From an uncultured delta proteobacterium (GTDB lineage: Bacteria > Desulfobacterota > Binatia > UBA9968), in contig CAVSLC010000021.1 of NCBI GenBank assembly GCA_963728565.1, positions 32,001 to 96,000 of the forward strand: a DNA stretch of 64,000 nt, in the 5' to 3' direction. Each line of letters begins with the position of its first letter. Positions within the stretch are counted from its first letter, which is position 1. Of this stretch, positions 53,140 through 63,166 are shown in pieces. Below the pieces are notes generated by a model. That model saw nothing but the letters and a program-made list of their open reading frames with translations. It made no database searches and was not told the DNA's origin. The translations under genes and the position numbers were made by a program.

Positions 53140-54849
53140 ATGCTGCGCGAACTCCGGATTAAGAATTTTGCCATCATCGACGAAGTCGTTCTTCAACTTG
53201 GCCAGGGCCTCAACATCATTACCGGCGAAACTGGGGCAGGCAAATCGATTATCCTTAGCGCATTGGGACTTATTTCCGGGGAGCGCGGCAGTTCGGAGAT
53301 TATCAGACACAAAGAAGAGGAGGCCACAGTCGAAGCTTTATTCGAAACCGTCCCGCCGGCACTCAGCGCTGACTTAAGCGAAGCCGGTTTCGAGGTCGAA
53401 GGCGAACTGATCCTCAAGCGCATTCTTAACCGTTCGGGTAAAAACCGAATTTATTTAAACGGCAGTCTCTGTCCATTAGGCTTGCTCTCGCAGGTGGGCG
53501 CTTCTCTCGTGCACATCTACGGCCAGCACGAGCACCATACCTTGCTGCAGTCGGAAACCCACTTAAACCTGCTCGACGCTTTCGCTGATCTCGATGGCAA
53601 GGCGAGATCCATGAAGCAGTGCTTCGAACGCTTATCCCACGCCTGGAGCAGTCTGAATGACACCCGTCGGGCTTTGGAACAGCAGCGCCGGGAGAAAGCG
53701 CTCTTAGAAGCTCAGGCTGAAGAGATTGCCAAATCCGGCTTGAAGCCCGGTGAAGAAGAGGAACTGCGCTCGAGCAGAAATATTCTGGCGCACTCGGAAA
53801 GGCTCTTCCAGGGTTGTCGTGAAGGCGAGGAGATCCTTTACGAAGGGGAGTCCGCGCTCGTCGGCCGTTTGGGAAAATACGTTGGCAAGGCGCGCGAGTT
53901 GGCGGCCATTGATCAGGAATTGACCCCTACGTTTGAATTACTTGAATCTTCATTGGCGCAACTGCAAGAGGCGGCGTTACAACTGGGGCGTTATGCCGAT
54001 CGAATTCATTTTGATCCGCGCGCGCTGGAGCAACTGGATGACCGTCTAGCCGAGATTCAGCGTCTCAAACGTAAGTACAACGGCGATATCGAAGAGATTC
54101 TGCGTCTACAAACCGGGATTCAGGTCACCTTGGATAATCTGCAGCAAGGCGAAGCACAGATCCTGAGCCTTGAAAAATCTTTCGAGGAGGCGCGTCAAGC
54201 CGCGTGGGACACGGCGGAGAAACTCTCCGGTGATAGGCAGCGCGCAGCCAAGAAATTAAAGCGGGAATTGGAAAAGGAAATACGCGGGCTGGGAATGCCT
54301 GACACGGTATTCGAGGTGCGCTTCAGACGCCAGGATGAGGAAAACGATAGTCCGCCGTTTTTCATTGCCGGTAAAAAACTTACCGAACGCGGGATGGATC
54401 AGGTTGAGTTTTACTTCTCGCCCAATCCCGGAGAACCGGTGAAACCTTTGGCCAAGATTGCTTCCGGCGGCGAACTCTCCCGGCTTATGCTGGCGATCAA
54501 GGCCCTAGTGCTCACCCCGGGTGTCGTTTCGACCCTTCTCTTCGACGAAGTCGATAGCGGAATCGGCGGCAGGGTCGCCGAGATCGTCGGGAAAAAGCTC
54601 AAGCAAGTGGCCGCTTTGCATCAAGTCATCAGCGTGACTCACCTGCCTCAGATCGCCGCGATGGCGGACTCGCATTATGTCGTGCGCAAAGAAGTTGATA
54701 ACGGGCGAACCTTCACTCGGGTCGAGCGCCTGTCGGAAGCGGAGAGAGTCTCGGAGGTGGCGCGCATGCTGGGAGGCGTCAAAATTACCGAACGAACCCT
54801 GCGTCACGCCGAAGAATTGATCGAGGCGACGCTAAAGACCAGATCATAA
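53140..54849 (+). CDS. recN: DNA repair protein RecN
   Basis: TGETGAGKS, ASGGELSR, FDEVDSGIGG, THLPQ. Confidence 0.98.
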   Translation: MLRELRIKNFAIIDEVVLQLGQGLNIITGETGAGKSIILSALGLISGERGSSEIIRHKEEEATVEALFETVPPALSADLSEAGFEVEGELILKRILNRSGKNRIYLNGSLCPLGLLSQVGASLVHIYGQHEHHTLLQSETHLNLLDAFADLDGKARSMKQCFERLSHAWSSLNDTRRALEQQRREKALLEAQAEEIAKSGLKPGEEEELRSSRNILAHSERLFQGCREGEEILYEGESALVGRLGKYVGKARELAAIDQELTPTFELLESSLAQLQEAALQLGRYADRIHFDPRALEQLDDRLAEIQRLKRKYNGDIEEILRLQTGIQVTLDNLQQGEAQILSLEKSFEEARQAAWDTAEKLSGDRQRAAKKLKRELEKEIRGLGMPDTVFEVRFRRQDEENDSPPFFIAGKKLTERGMDQVEFYFSPNPGEPVKPLAKIASGGELSRLMLAIKALVLTPGVVSTLLFDEVDSGIGGRVAEIVGKKLKQVAALHQVISVTHLPQIAAMADSHYVVRKEVDNGRTFTRVERLSEAERVSEVARMLGGVKITERTLRHAEELIEATLKTRS

Positions 54850-54995
54850 AAAGCTCGACGAAAAAGTCCTATCTTGGAGTCGAGAAGGTTGTGAATTGCT
54901 GATTTGACTTTTGCAAATCGTTTATCGATATTACGGAGGTATCAGGGTGATCGCAGCAGAAATGCTTCGCCCTTTCCGCCTTTCATTCTTCTCGT

Positions 54996-55071
<76 letters not shown>

Positions 55072-55184
55072 TAAAATCAATAACTTGCATGCCATTTTAA
55101 ATTTCCGCCGCTTTCAAATGGTCCGGGTTCTCTCATTGATTGGCCTTAACGCCACCATTTCTCCGTAGTTTGATCCCCAACATG

Positions 55185-55560
55185 CATTTGCAGCTTCTGT
55201 GGTGGTGGCTTTAGAGAGGCCGTGAATTTACGATTGCCCAAAACGATCATGCGTTAGCCATAGCGGACCTGTATCCTGTGTCACTCGCTCATTCTTTGAT
55301 CCTGCCAAAAGTGCACGTCGAAACGGTGTGCGATTCGCCGCTGCGTTTTACGTCGGCTGTTTCAACCTATTCCGGGATGTCAAGACGCTTTTGACACCAA
55401 ACATCGTCCAGCGGGGTTCAACGTCGGTTTTAGTTAACGGAATCTATTGACGGCCAGGCGGTGATGCTGCATGCCCACGTACAAATTATCCCGCGATACG
55501 AGGGCGACGTGCTGAAACCGAGGAACGGCATCCGACAAAATCATACCTTGCAACGGCGAT
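55185..55560 (+). pseudogene. HIT-family protein remnant
   Basis: Fragments NDHALAIADLYPVSLAHSLILPKVHV, GFNVGF and HAHVQIIPRYEGDVLKPRNGIR in shifting frames. Confidence 0.78.
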
Positions 55561-55579
55561 TGATTATTGAGACTTGGTT

Positions 55580-55790
55580 CCCGATTACCTCAACCAGATC
55601 GTCCGCATTCTTGAATACGGGCTAAACACCAATTCCTACAAACTTGCTCTGCTGCGATCAGTTGCGGAGATCGGGCGAGAAACGCCGCAAATAGATTGTA
55701 TGCCGGATACCTCGTGGCTGAAAGATTCCTGAAATTGGCGGTTCACGATCTTCTTCCGAATACGCTATGCAACGGACCCTACCTGGGGTG
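55580..55790 (+). pseudogene. N-terminal remnant of an HNH-endonuclease-type protein
   Basis: ILEYGLNTNSYKLALLRSVAE...VAERFL...WRFTIFFRIRYATDP; family resemblance from memory, HNH core absent. Confidence 0.5.
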
Positions 55791-55886
55791 TGCTCGGGTG
55801 TTTGACCAATCATCGCTTTGAGCGATATAGCAATGCATAACTTCAGATGCATCTGGGAAAGCGGAGATAGAGTTAAGGAGGTTTAT

Positions 55887-56243
55887 ATGAGCCGGATCCG
55901 TCACATTGCTATCGTTACTTCGAACCAGGAAAAGCTGGGAAACTTTTACAAGACTGCTTTCGGCATGAAGGAGGTGAAGGGTATTGGGTCAGCACTTTAC
56001 CTTTCTGACGGATATATGAATCTCGCTATCATTAAGAAGACGCCTGAACTTAAGGTCGGCGAGGGCCTCTATCATTTCGGTTTCGAGGTAGACGATGTCG
56101 CGCCGCTTAGAGACGTTGTCAAAGAGGTCGGAGCTTCCAGTGAAGTACAACCTAGACCCAAAAATCGTGACGCTGAATTCAGGGTTCACGATCCGGATGG
56201 AAACGCCATCGATCTTGTATGCTCCAGGAAATGGCCCGTATAG
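55887..56243 (+). CDS. VOC/glyoxalase-family protein (paralog 1)
   Basis: IRHIAI, HFGFEV, DPDGNAIDL; AAGGAGG RBS. Confidence 0.9.
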   Translation: MSRIRHIAIVTSNQEKLGNFYKTAFGMKEVKGIGSALYLSDGYMNLAIIKKTPELKVGEGLYHFGFEVDDVAPLRDVVKEVGASSEVQPRPKNRDAEFRVHDPDGNAIDLVCSRKWPV

Positions 56244-56445
56244 AACTCGAGCTCGGTTATCGATGACGGCTCATCGGCCTGCGCTTAGGGCGAGGCGATT
56301 TCGCCATCAGTCGTGGCGGGCCTGGTACAATCCGGTTGACTATAACGTAACGTACCGCTGTAGTGATTCTTATCAGATGGTAAGCTCGCACTAGAGAAAG
56401 AACCTCAGAACCAAGACAAATGAAGCGACCATAAGGAGGACTAAC

Positions 56446-56871
56446 ATGGGCATTGAAATCATTGATCTAGTGGAACTCGCACGTCGAGAAAAACGTCGAA
56501 AAGTTGTGTTCAATACACCACGTTGTCATGCCTGGGTCCACTACTATCCGAATCCTGGTGAGAGAGACGATATGCATTGTCACAACGCGGATCAGACGTT
56601 CTATGTCATTGACGGCGAATGCACCATGCATTTTCCCGATGGCGGCAAGGCGGTAATGAAGCCGGGAATGGTTGCCACCATCACCGGTGGATCCTTCTAC
56701 CAGTTGGAAAATAGCGGTGATGGCCCGATGATAATGATGGGCAATCGCTCCGGACCTTCTGAAGCTATCCAACACATCAACTATGAGCTTCGAAAGGACA
56801 TTAAAAAACTCAGCACCGAGGAATTAGAGCGCGCCAATATCCCTCATATTTCGATACAGGGAAGAAGTTAA
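56446..56871 (+). CDS. Cupin-domain protein
   Basis: HCHNADQTFYVIDG; AGGAGG RBS. Confidence 0.85.
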   Translation: MGIEIIDLVELARREKRRKVVFNTPRCHAWVHYYPNPGERDDMHCHNADQTFYVIDGECTMHFPDGGKAVMKPGMVATITGGSFYQLENSGDGPMIMMGNRSGPSEAIQHINYELRKDIKKLSTEELERANIPHISIQGRS

Positions 56872-56907
56872 TTGATCCCGCTCAAATCAATGTTTCGGAG
56901 GTGTCCC

Positions 56908-57957
56908 ATGAAACCAGTAGCTATGGCTTGGCTCGGGGTGTTTCTCGGGCTGATGCCGAATTTATCATGGGCCCAGCCGGATTTTTATCGAGGCAAACTG
57001 ATTACGCTCATCCAGGACAGCACTCCGGGTGGGGTGGGCCAGCTCCGAACCCAGGCATTGCTCCCTGTTTTACAGAAGCACATTCCGGGTGAACCAAGGA
57101 TCGTAATGCAGTTCATGCCAGGCGCCGGCGGCAGAACGGCTGCGAATCATCTTTACAACAACGCGCCGCGCGACGGCTTAACCATTGGCCGGGTGAGCAG
57201 TGGACTGGTAACGTCTGCCATTCTCGCGCTGCCGGGCGTTCAATATGACATCAACAAACTGATTTACTTGGGCTCTGGTCACAACGAGGTAAACAACGTT
57301 TTTTTTTCACGCAGTCAACTCGGTCTGGATAACCTCAATAAACTCAGAGCAGCTACAGGGTTGAGGATCGGAGGACAGTCGGTTGGCCACTCCAACTATG
57401 TGATTGCCAGACTTTTTGCATGGCTGCTTGATTTGAAAGAACCCAGATTTGTGGTGGGCTTTTCCGGAGCGGAGATGGACGTAGCTCTCATGCAAGGCGA
57501 GCTAGATGCTCGCGCGAATAGTGCAGAAACCGTGGTTCAGCGTACCCCTCAATTCATTAACGAGCGACTTATGAACTTCCATGGCGTAGCCGAGATTCCG
57601 CACGGATATCGCTACAAGCATCCCGCTTTCGGCGAGCTCCCCGCACTGCACAGGTTTAGTAAGACTGACAAGGAAAAAAGAGTGCTGGATATGTTCGCTG
57701 CGTTCGGCCGGTTCAGCCAAGCTTTTGTTCTACCACCAGGCACTCCAAATGACCGGGTGAGAACTCTCAAAGACGCTTTCAGAAAGGCATGGAAAGATCC
57801 TGAGTTTCATGCAAACTGGACAAAGATGACTCGTGCGGATCCTTCGCCTCTGATGCCCGAGGAGTTGGAAGAGCTAGTTAAAAATATTCCAAGAGACCCG
57901 GAAGACATTAAGCTGTACAACACGATCGCTGGAGCAGATCCTTTGCCGAGGCGGTAA
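56908..57957 (+). CDS. TctC/Bug-like periplasmic substrate-binding protein
   Basis: Signal peptide, FYRGK.I, MPGAGG..AANHLY, DGLTIG, PPGTP.DRV. Confidence 0.85.
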   Translation: MKPVAMAWLGVFLGLMPNLSWAQPDFYRGKLITLIQDSTPGGVGQLRTQALLPVLQKHIPGEPRIVMQFMPGAGGRTAANHLYNNAPRDGLTIGRVSSGLVTSAILALPGVQYDINKLIYLGSGHNEVNNVFFSRSQLGLDNLNKLRAATGLRIGGQSVGHSNYVIARLFAWLLDLKEPRFVVGFSGAEMDVALMQGELDARANSAETVVQRTPQFINERLMNFHGVAEIPHGYRYKHPAFGELPALHRFSKTDKEKRVLDMFAAFGRFSQAFVLPPGTPNDRVRTLKDAFRKAWKDPEFHANWTKMTRADPSPLMPEELEELVKNIPRDPEDIKLYNTIAGADPLPRR

Positions 57958-58033
57958 AGAATATTGGCACACTCTACCTCAATCGTTTTGACGCTAGCGG
58001 CTGCGATTAGAATTAAATGCAGGAGGATTGCAG

Positions 58034-58381
58034 ATGCCCAAGATTCGCCATATCGCTATCGTGAGTTCAAACCGGGAAAAGTTAGCAGAATTTTATAAAC
58101 AAGCCTTCGGCATGAAACAGGTGCAAGGCGAAGGAGGTGCTATTTACCTCTCGGACGGTTCTATAAACCTCGCCCTGAACCCACACTATGCCGGACGAGA
58201 ACCCGGTCTTTATCATTTTGGTTTTGAAGTCGAAGATCTCGACAGTTTAAAAAAGAAGCTTAAAGAAGCGGGTGCAGGTAGCGAGGTTCAGAGGCGGCCG
58301 CGGAATCGCGAAGCCGAGTACCGGGTTCTTGACCCCGACGGTAATCCCATCGACCTTTCAACTCACGGCTGGCCAACCTAA
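58034..58381 (+). CDS. VOC/glyoxalase-family protein (paralog 2)
   Basis: IRHIAI, HFGFEV, DPDGNPIDL. Confidence 0.9.
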   Translation: MPKIRHIAIVSSNREKLAEFYKQAFGMKQVQGEGGAIYLSDGSINLALNPHYAGREPGLYHFGFEVEDLDSLKKKLKEAGAGSEVQRRPRNREAEYRVLDPDGNPIDLSTHGWPT

Positions 58382-58429
58382 TCACCTACAGGTGCTGACA
58401 AGAATGGATATTCATGAAGGGAGGCGCAA

Positions 58430-58780
58430 ATGCCAAGAATACGTCATCTCGCAATCGTAAGTCCAAACCGAGAGCGTCTGGTAAATTTCTATACGACCGC
58501 CTTCGATATGAGAGTCGTCTATGGTCGCCCGACTAGCACACATCTTTCCGATGGAGATTTCAATTTAGCCATCGTCGATCAAAAACCTGACCTGAAGCCA
58601 GGACTCTATGTCCTCGGGTTTGATGTTGATGATCTCCAGGATTTGGAAGGGAGCCTTAAGAAAGCCGGCGCCTCTTCAGAGCTTACACCGATGCCAAAGG
58701 ACCATGATGCTGAGTTTAGAGTTCTTGATCCAGATGGGAACCAGCTTGATCTCGCGATCCATGGGTGGTGCGTTGTTTAG
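58430..58780 (+). CDS. VOC/glyoxalase-family protein (paralog 3)
   Basis: IRHLAI, VLGFDV, DPDGNQLDL. Confidence 0.88.
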   Translation: MPRIRHLAIVSPNRERLVNFYTTAFDMRVVYGRPTSTHLSDGDFNLAIVDQKPDLKPGLYVLGFDVDDLQDLEGSLKKAGASSELTPMPKDHDAEFRVLDPDGNQLDLAIHGWCVV

Positions 58781-59372
58781 GATTTACACTCGAATCTCCA
58801 TAGCTCATCTGGTCAAAGAGATTTTCTTGGCGACCTTAGTCTTATGGGGGCAGTTTCTACCTTGAAAAATGTTTGTTTGTGATCTGGAAGGACGATGGCG
58901 CCATGCCTTCGGATGACGTGACCCCTACCGCAAAAGCAAAAGTCCGTGTCAACATCAGCGGCGGGCAGGAGCCAAATAGCGTACCGTTATTCTCAGGCCA
59001 AACATTCCTGCGGCTCGGCAGCAGTTTGCCCCTTGGGCTTTTGTGCACTGAAGATAAACCCCTCGAAAACAAAGACCAACAAGACTAGCAGCAACAAGCA
59101 AATGTTTGGCTTCGTTGGAATTCTCTATCTCAGCTAGTTCTGCTTCGCGCCGTAGACCGGGAATGCGAGAACCAACCGCGAGGCCCAAAGGAGGCGATCG
59201 GGTGGACCGACGAGATTTCGCGGCACGCGCAGGCTTGACAGATCGCCGATGAAAGAGTGGCGGAGAGGAAGAGGCCGCAGCCGCCGGGCGAAAGACGCGC
59301 GCAATCGCAGATCAACCTCACAAGACAAATAGCTCTTGTTATTTTTTTCCTCGGGGAGTATTTTCGCAGCCC

Positions 59373-59627
59373 ATGATCATTCATCTCTCCGTCAAAGACG
59401 CAGACTATGACTGCTTGATAGAGCACGTTGCTGAGGAGGATTCTAACGCCTGCAGCGCACTGCGCCGGGCTACGAAAGAGGAAAAACCCCGGAGTGATCT
59501 AAGCGGATGGAGAGTGGTTTGCAGCCCTACGGAAGCTGTCGTGATGCTCCGAGTTGCGCTTACGCATTGTCCTGATGCTGTTCCCGACATTAGAGCGGCG
59601 CTCAATTCTCCTCACACGAAAGCATAA
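59373..59627 (+). CDS. Small hypothetical protein
   Basis: Plausible 84-aa ORF; N-terminal half resembles the next ORF. Confidence 0.55.
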   Translation: MIIHLSVKDADYDCLIEHVAEEDSNACSALRRATKEEKPRSDLSGWRVVCSPTEAVVMLRVALTHCPDAVPDIRAALNSPHTKA

Positions 59628-59714
59628 AAGTTTTCCTGCGCCTGGTTCTTCTGAATTACTCTCGCCCATAATCTCATTGATTTCCTACGACCAGAGTAGT
59701 ACGTTCCAGCCGCG

Positions 59715-59960
59715 ATGTTCGTCGAATTTTCAGTCACCCCGGTGGAGTACGGGTGTCTGTTGAAAAACGCCGATAGAACCACCAGCGCATTCCCGCCGCT
59801 CCTGAACGCTGTCCTTGAGCTTTCTACAACAACAAAATGGCTGATTACCTGCAGACCGCTCGACGAGCATGGGCAGGCAATCGACGTCATGGAGGCGCTC
59901 AAGCGCAGCAGGGAACGAGTACCGGCGAAGAAGAGATTGGCGATAAGCCTAGATCAATAA
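59715..59960 (+). CDS. Small hypothetical, possibly chimeric ORF
   Basis: N-terminal half similar to 59373 ORF; C-terminal IDVMEALKRS. Confidence 0.4.
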   Translation: MFVEFSVTPVEYGCLLKNADRTTSAFPPLLNAVLELSTTTKWLITCRPLDEHGQAIDVMEALKRSRERVPAKKRLAISLDQ

Positions 59961-60052
59961 TGTCTTTCAGCGCTTGTCGAAAATTTCACAAGAACGAGCT
60001 GCTGCGCAAAACAAAACAATCGGCAGATTTACAACGAGCATTCTACATTCTA

Positions 60053-60679
60053 TTAGCGAGTGCCCCGACTGTCGTTCTCTCTGTTTCGCTCGATCGTTTC
60101 GTGGCGTTTCGCAAGATCGCTTTCAAGTTCCATTCGTTTTGCAACCCATTCACTGGAGGCGATGAGCTTTTGCCAATCGATGTCTCTGCCGGAGATTAAA
60201 GCGAGGTCCGTCTGAATCGCCGAACGTATCTCGCGCCCCGGATCCCAGAATCTCCCAAAGGACGAGCCGTGGTTCTGATCGACATACTCCAACCATTGAT
60301 GCACTCCACGCAGGCCACCTTCGATCTCCTTAAGGCCTCTCTGGCGGTCGCCCTCTCGAGCTAACGCAAGGCCGAAATAGAGTCTGGAAAGATCTTCTTG
60401 ACGATTAGCGGCAAGCGCTCGCTCAAGCGCCTCGCGCGCTTGAGGAAGCCGCCCCATATCGTAATTCACCCGGCCGACGTAACTCCAGACTCCCTGGCGT
60501 AGCGCGGTGCCGTAAACATAGTTTGGGTCCACTTCCGCAGCCTTTTGGAAATGTGCATAGGCGGCTTCGTTATTGCCGATAAGGTAAGCCTGTCTTCCTG
60601 AGTTGACCTCCCGAGCGGCTTGAAAACCGGCGCAACCCGAAAGGAGCAGAATTAGCGCGACTGAAATGCTGGTTTTCAT
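60053..60679 (-). CDS. TPR-repeat lipoprotein
   Basis: Lipobox LLSGC, TPR-like helices, AGGAGG RBS. Confidence 0.85.
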   Translation of the reverse strand: MKTSISVALILLLSGCAGFQAAREVNSGRQAYLIGNNEAAYAHFQKAAEVDPNYVYGTALRQGVWSYVGRVNYDMGRLPQAREALERALAANRQEDLSRLYFGLALAREGDRQRGLKEIEGGLRGVHQWLEYVDQNHGSSFGRFWDPGREIRSAIQTDLALISGRDIDWQKLIASSEWVAKRMELESDLAKRHETIERNRENDSRGTR

Positions 60680-60730
60680 GATTCCTCCTGATCAACAAAG
60701 ATAATCCTGCGCACTCTAAAAAGACAATCC

Positions 60731-61639
60731 AGCGTCGTTCGGCTGCTGGCTCGTAAAGCCGTCGACGCCGGGGTCGAGCTTAGGGGCGGTTGCAAGTTAA
60801 TCGATATGAAGCCGGGCGATGAGTCTCTGACAATCACCATCCGGGATGCTCACCGAGACCGAACCGAAGAGATTGAGAGTAAAATCCTGATCGGCGCCGA
60901 CGGCATATCGAGCCGTGTGGCGAAAGCCACCGCGCGCAATGGCCACGGCACGACGCCGCTTCTCCAAGCGATAGTCGAACTGCCGAAGGGAACGCCGCCG
61001 GGCACTACGCAAGTCTGGTTTGAGCCGGCGGATACGCGTTATTTTTATTGGCTCATCCCGCAATCAAAAACCCATGCGGCCGTAGGCTTTATCGCCGAAG
61101 ATGGCAAGAGCGCGAGGCGCAGATTGGAACGATTTCTCGACCGCATCGGGCTCAAAGCCGTGGAGATGCAGTCAGCCCGAATACCTTCCTACGCCCATTC
61201 CACTCGACCGTGCCGGCGTATCGGCCGTTGCCAGGTCTACCTGATCGGCGATGCCGCGGCTCAGGTCAAGGTCACGACTGTGGGCGGCCTGGTGACCGGA
61301 TTACGCGGCGCAAGAGCTGCGGCCAATGCGATCTTGCGCGGCTCCGATTACATGAAGGAGCTGCGCGCGTTGCGCCGGGAGCTGAGTCTGCATCTGCTGA
61401 TCAGGAACGTATTGAACCGATTTCACGGCGCAGATTACGACCGGCTTCTCGGTTTGATGAACGAAAAGACCATCCACTTGTTAGGCAGATACAACCGCGA
61501 TCAGGCGGCCAGAATCGTATGCCGCATCCTTCTTGCGCAGCCGCGATTGATAAGTCTAGCCGCCGTGTTGTCGCGAAAAGAAATAACTGAGCCTGACAGA
61601 TACGGTTATAAGTCGACAGACGCCCGACTTGACGCGTAG
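60731..61639 (+). pseudogene. 5'-truncated geranylgeranyl reductase-family flavoprotein
   Basis: IGADG.SSRVA and LIGDAAAQVK present; N-terminal GxGxxG FAD motif absent. Confidence 0.7.
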
Positions 61640-61700
61640 TTTGGTGTATCCGAATGTGACGATTTCGTGCTAACGCATGCTGGTAATCGCATTTTGATCG

Positions 61701-61737
61701 GCCCGGCTGGGGAGTCCTCCAGACCGGGCTTTGTTTT
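61701..61737 (+). terminator. Probable intrinsic terminator
   Basis: GCCCGGCTGG...CCAGACCGGGCTTTGTTTT. Confidence 0.55.
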
Positions 61738-61789
61738 CGTGCTCGGGCTTACTCCGGGTTCTTTGAAGTCTTTCAGCAGAGATCTCTAC

Positions 61790-61880
61790 AGCTGGGAAGC
61801 GGGGAAGCTAAAAAGCTCGGAGGGAGAAAGCTGGGAAGCTGGAGATTTCTGGCCTCCTAGCTTTCAGGCTATCTAGCTTC
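61790..61880. repeat. Degenerate 8-nt repeats in direct then inverted orientation
   Basis: GCTGGGAA GCGGGGAA GCTAAAAA GCTCGGAG...GCTGGGAA GCTGGAGA, then CCTCCTAG CTTTCAGG CTATCTAG CTTC. Confidence 0.7.
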
Positions 61881-61921
61881 GCGCTGCCAAAGGCGCTCAG
61901 GGGTTAGCTCGAATGGTTGCT

Positions 61922-62353
61922 TTACAAAAACAACATGGTCGCGATCAAAAGACATTCGACTAACAACAGAAAAAGGTAAACCCAGCCGTAACGTCTCAAG
62001 TGATTGACGATCTTGTATTGGCTCTTAAAGACCGGCGCTTGAGGCGCTGGAGCTTTGGGGGTTGGCGGTCGAGAAGGTCTATTTGCCGACGGGCGGGTTG
62101 TCGGTCGGGGCTTGGCTGGCGGTTCAGCTTCGACCTTCCGGATCCACTCGTCATGTTTCCTTCGCAGATCAGGATCGGAAAGAACCCTGTAAGCCGCATT
62201 GATGATCGTCATGGTCCTGGATGCTTTTGGGTCGCCCGGGTTTCGATCGGGATGATATTTCTGTGACAAGGATTTATATGCGGCGCGGATCACTTCAGAC
62301 GGCGCATCGCGTGCCACTTTTAAGTTATCGTAGTGCGTGCGCACCTTAGGCAC
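61922..62353 (-). CDS. Small membrane-anchored J-domain protein
   Basis: THYDNL...AYK...YHPDRN...INAAYRVLSD; Pro-rich linker; C-terminal TM. Confidence 0.9.
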   Translation of the reverse strand: MPKVRTHYDNLKVARDAPSEVIRAAYKSLSQKYHPDRNPGDPKASRTMTIINAAYRVLSDPDLRRKHDEWIRKVEAEPPAKPRPTTRPSANRPSRPPTPKAPAPQAPVFKSQYKIVNHLRRYGWVYLFLLLVECLLIATMLFL

Positions 62354-62561
62354 GGCTGTCCTCCGTGAATCCAGTGGATGGTTCTTCGAGCTGTATCATC
62401 GGCGTTTGATCCGGACAATTGCTCCGGCTCCTTCGCAAGCTAAGTTTAGCAGATCGCAGAGCTGCCTGGTTGCCGTCTTGTTTGCCCTCGCACCGCTGGC
62501 ATATTATGACTTGAAACCGGCGGGAAACCAGTATGAACGAAGGTTGCTGATAAAAATCGCC

Positions 62562-63074
62562 ATGCAGTCAGGACTCAATCTCTCCATTGATTTGCGCGTT
62601 GCGAAACGCGCGGCTTTTCTCTTTTTTATCGGATTAATCGCGATCATCACCCTCGGAGCAACGACCGAGACGACCGTTTATTCTCACGTATCGAACAGAG
62701 CACTCAAGCAAAAATCGCTTCAGCTCGTCCAAGACATCCGCCGCTTGGTGGATTCTTACAAAAAAAAGGACCGTGAGTTAATGACCGAGTACGACAGAAA
62801 GGACCGGCCGAACGCGAGTAAAGAGGGGGCGCGCGCATTGCGGCAGCAGTGGCTGAAAGACTCGGACCTGGCCCACGATTCAACGATGCGTTACTACAAA
62901 GATCATTACTGGGCCGATGCCATATTGTTTATCGGCGAGTTGAACCGAAGGCTGTCGAAACGAGCAAAGCAGCCTGAGGTCCTGAGACTATATCAACATC
63001 CCACCAACGTTCTTGGTCTGGCCGCCATCGCTGATCACCTGGAACTTCATTCTAAGTTATTGCCGGCCTCTTAA
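62562..63074 (+). CDS. Hypothetical exported or membrane-anchored helical protein
   Basis: Long ORF with N-terminal hydrophobic segment; start uncertain. Confidence 0.6.
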   Translation: MQSGLNLSIDLRVAKRAAFLFFIGLIAIITLGATTETTVYSHVSNRALKQKSLQLVQDIRRLVDSYKKKDRELMTEYDRKDRPNASKEGARALRQQWLKDSDLAHDSTMRYYKDHYWADAILFIGELNRRLSKRAKQPEVLRLYQHPTNVLGLAAIADHLELHSKLLPAS

Positions 63075-63166
63075 ACCAGCCTGCACGAAATTCTCTAAAC
63101 TCTGTCGAAGCGGGATCGATTTGAAGAGATTACTTCAGTGTGTTATAAAGTGATCGCGAGGTAGTT

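Noticed and set aside
58800-59370. Short overlapping ORFs on both strands
   Set aside because: No RBS or motif support; probably decayed or non-coding DNA
61790-61880. CRISPR array
   Set aside because: Units are 8 nt with no spacers, and there are no cas genes
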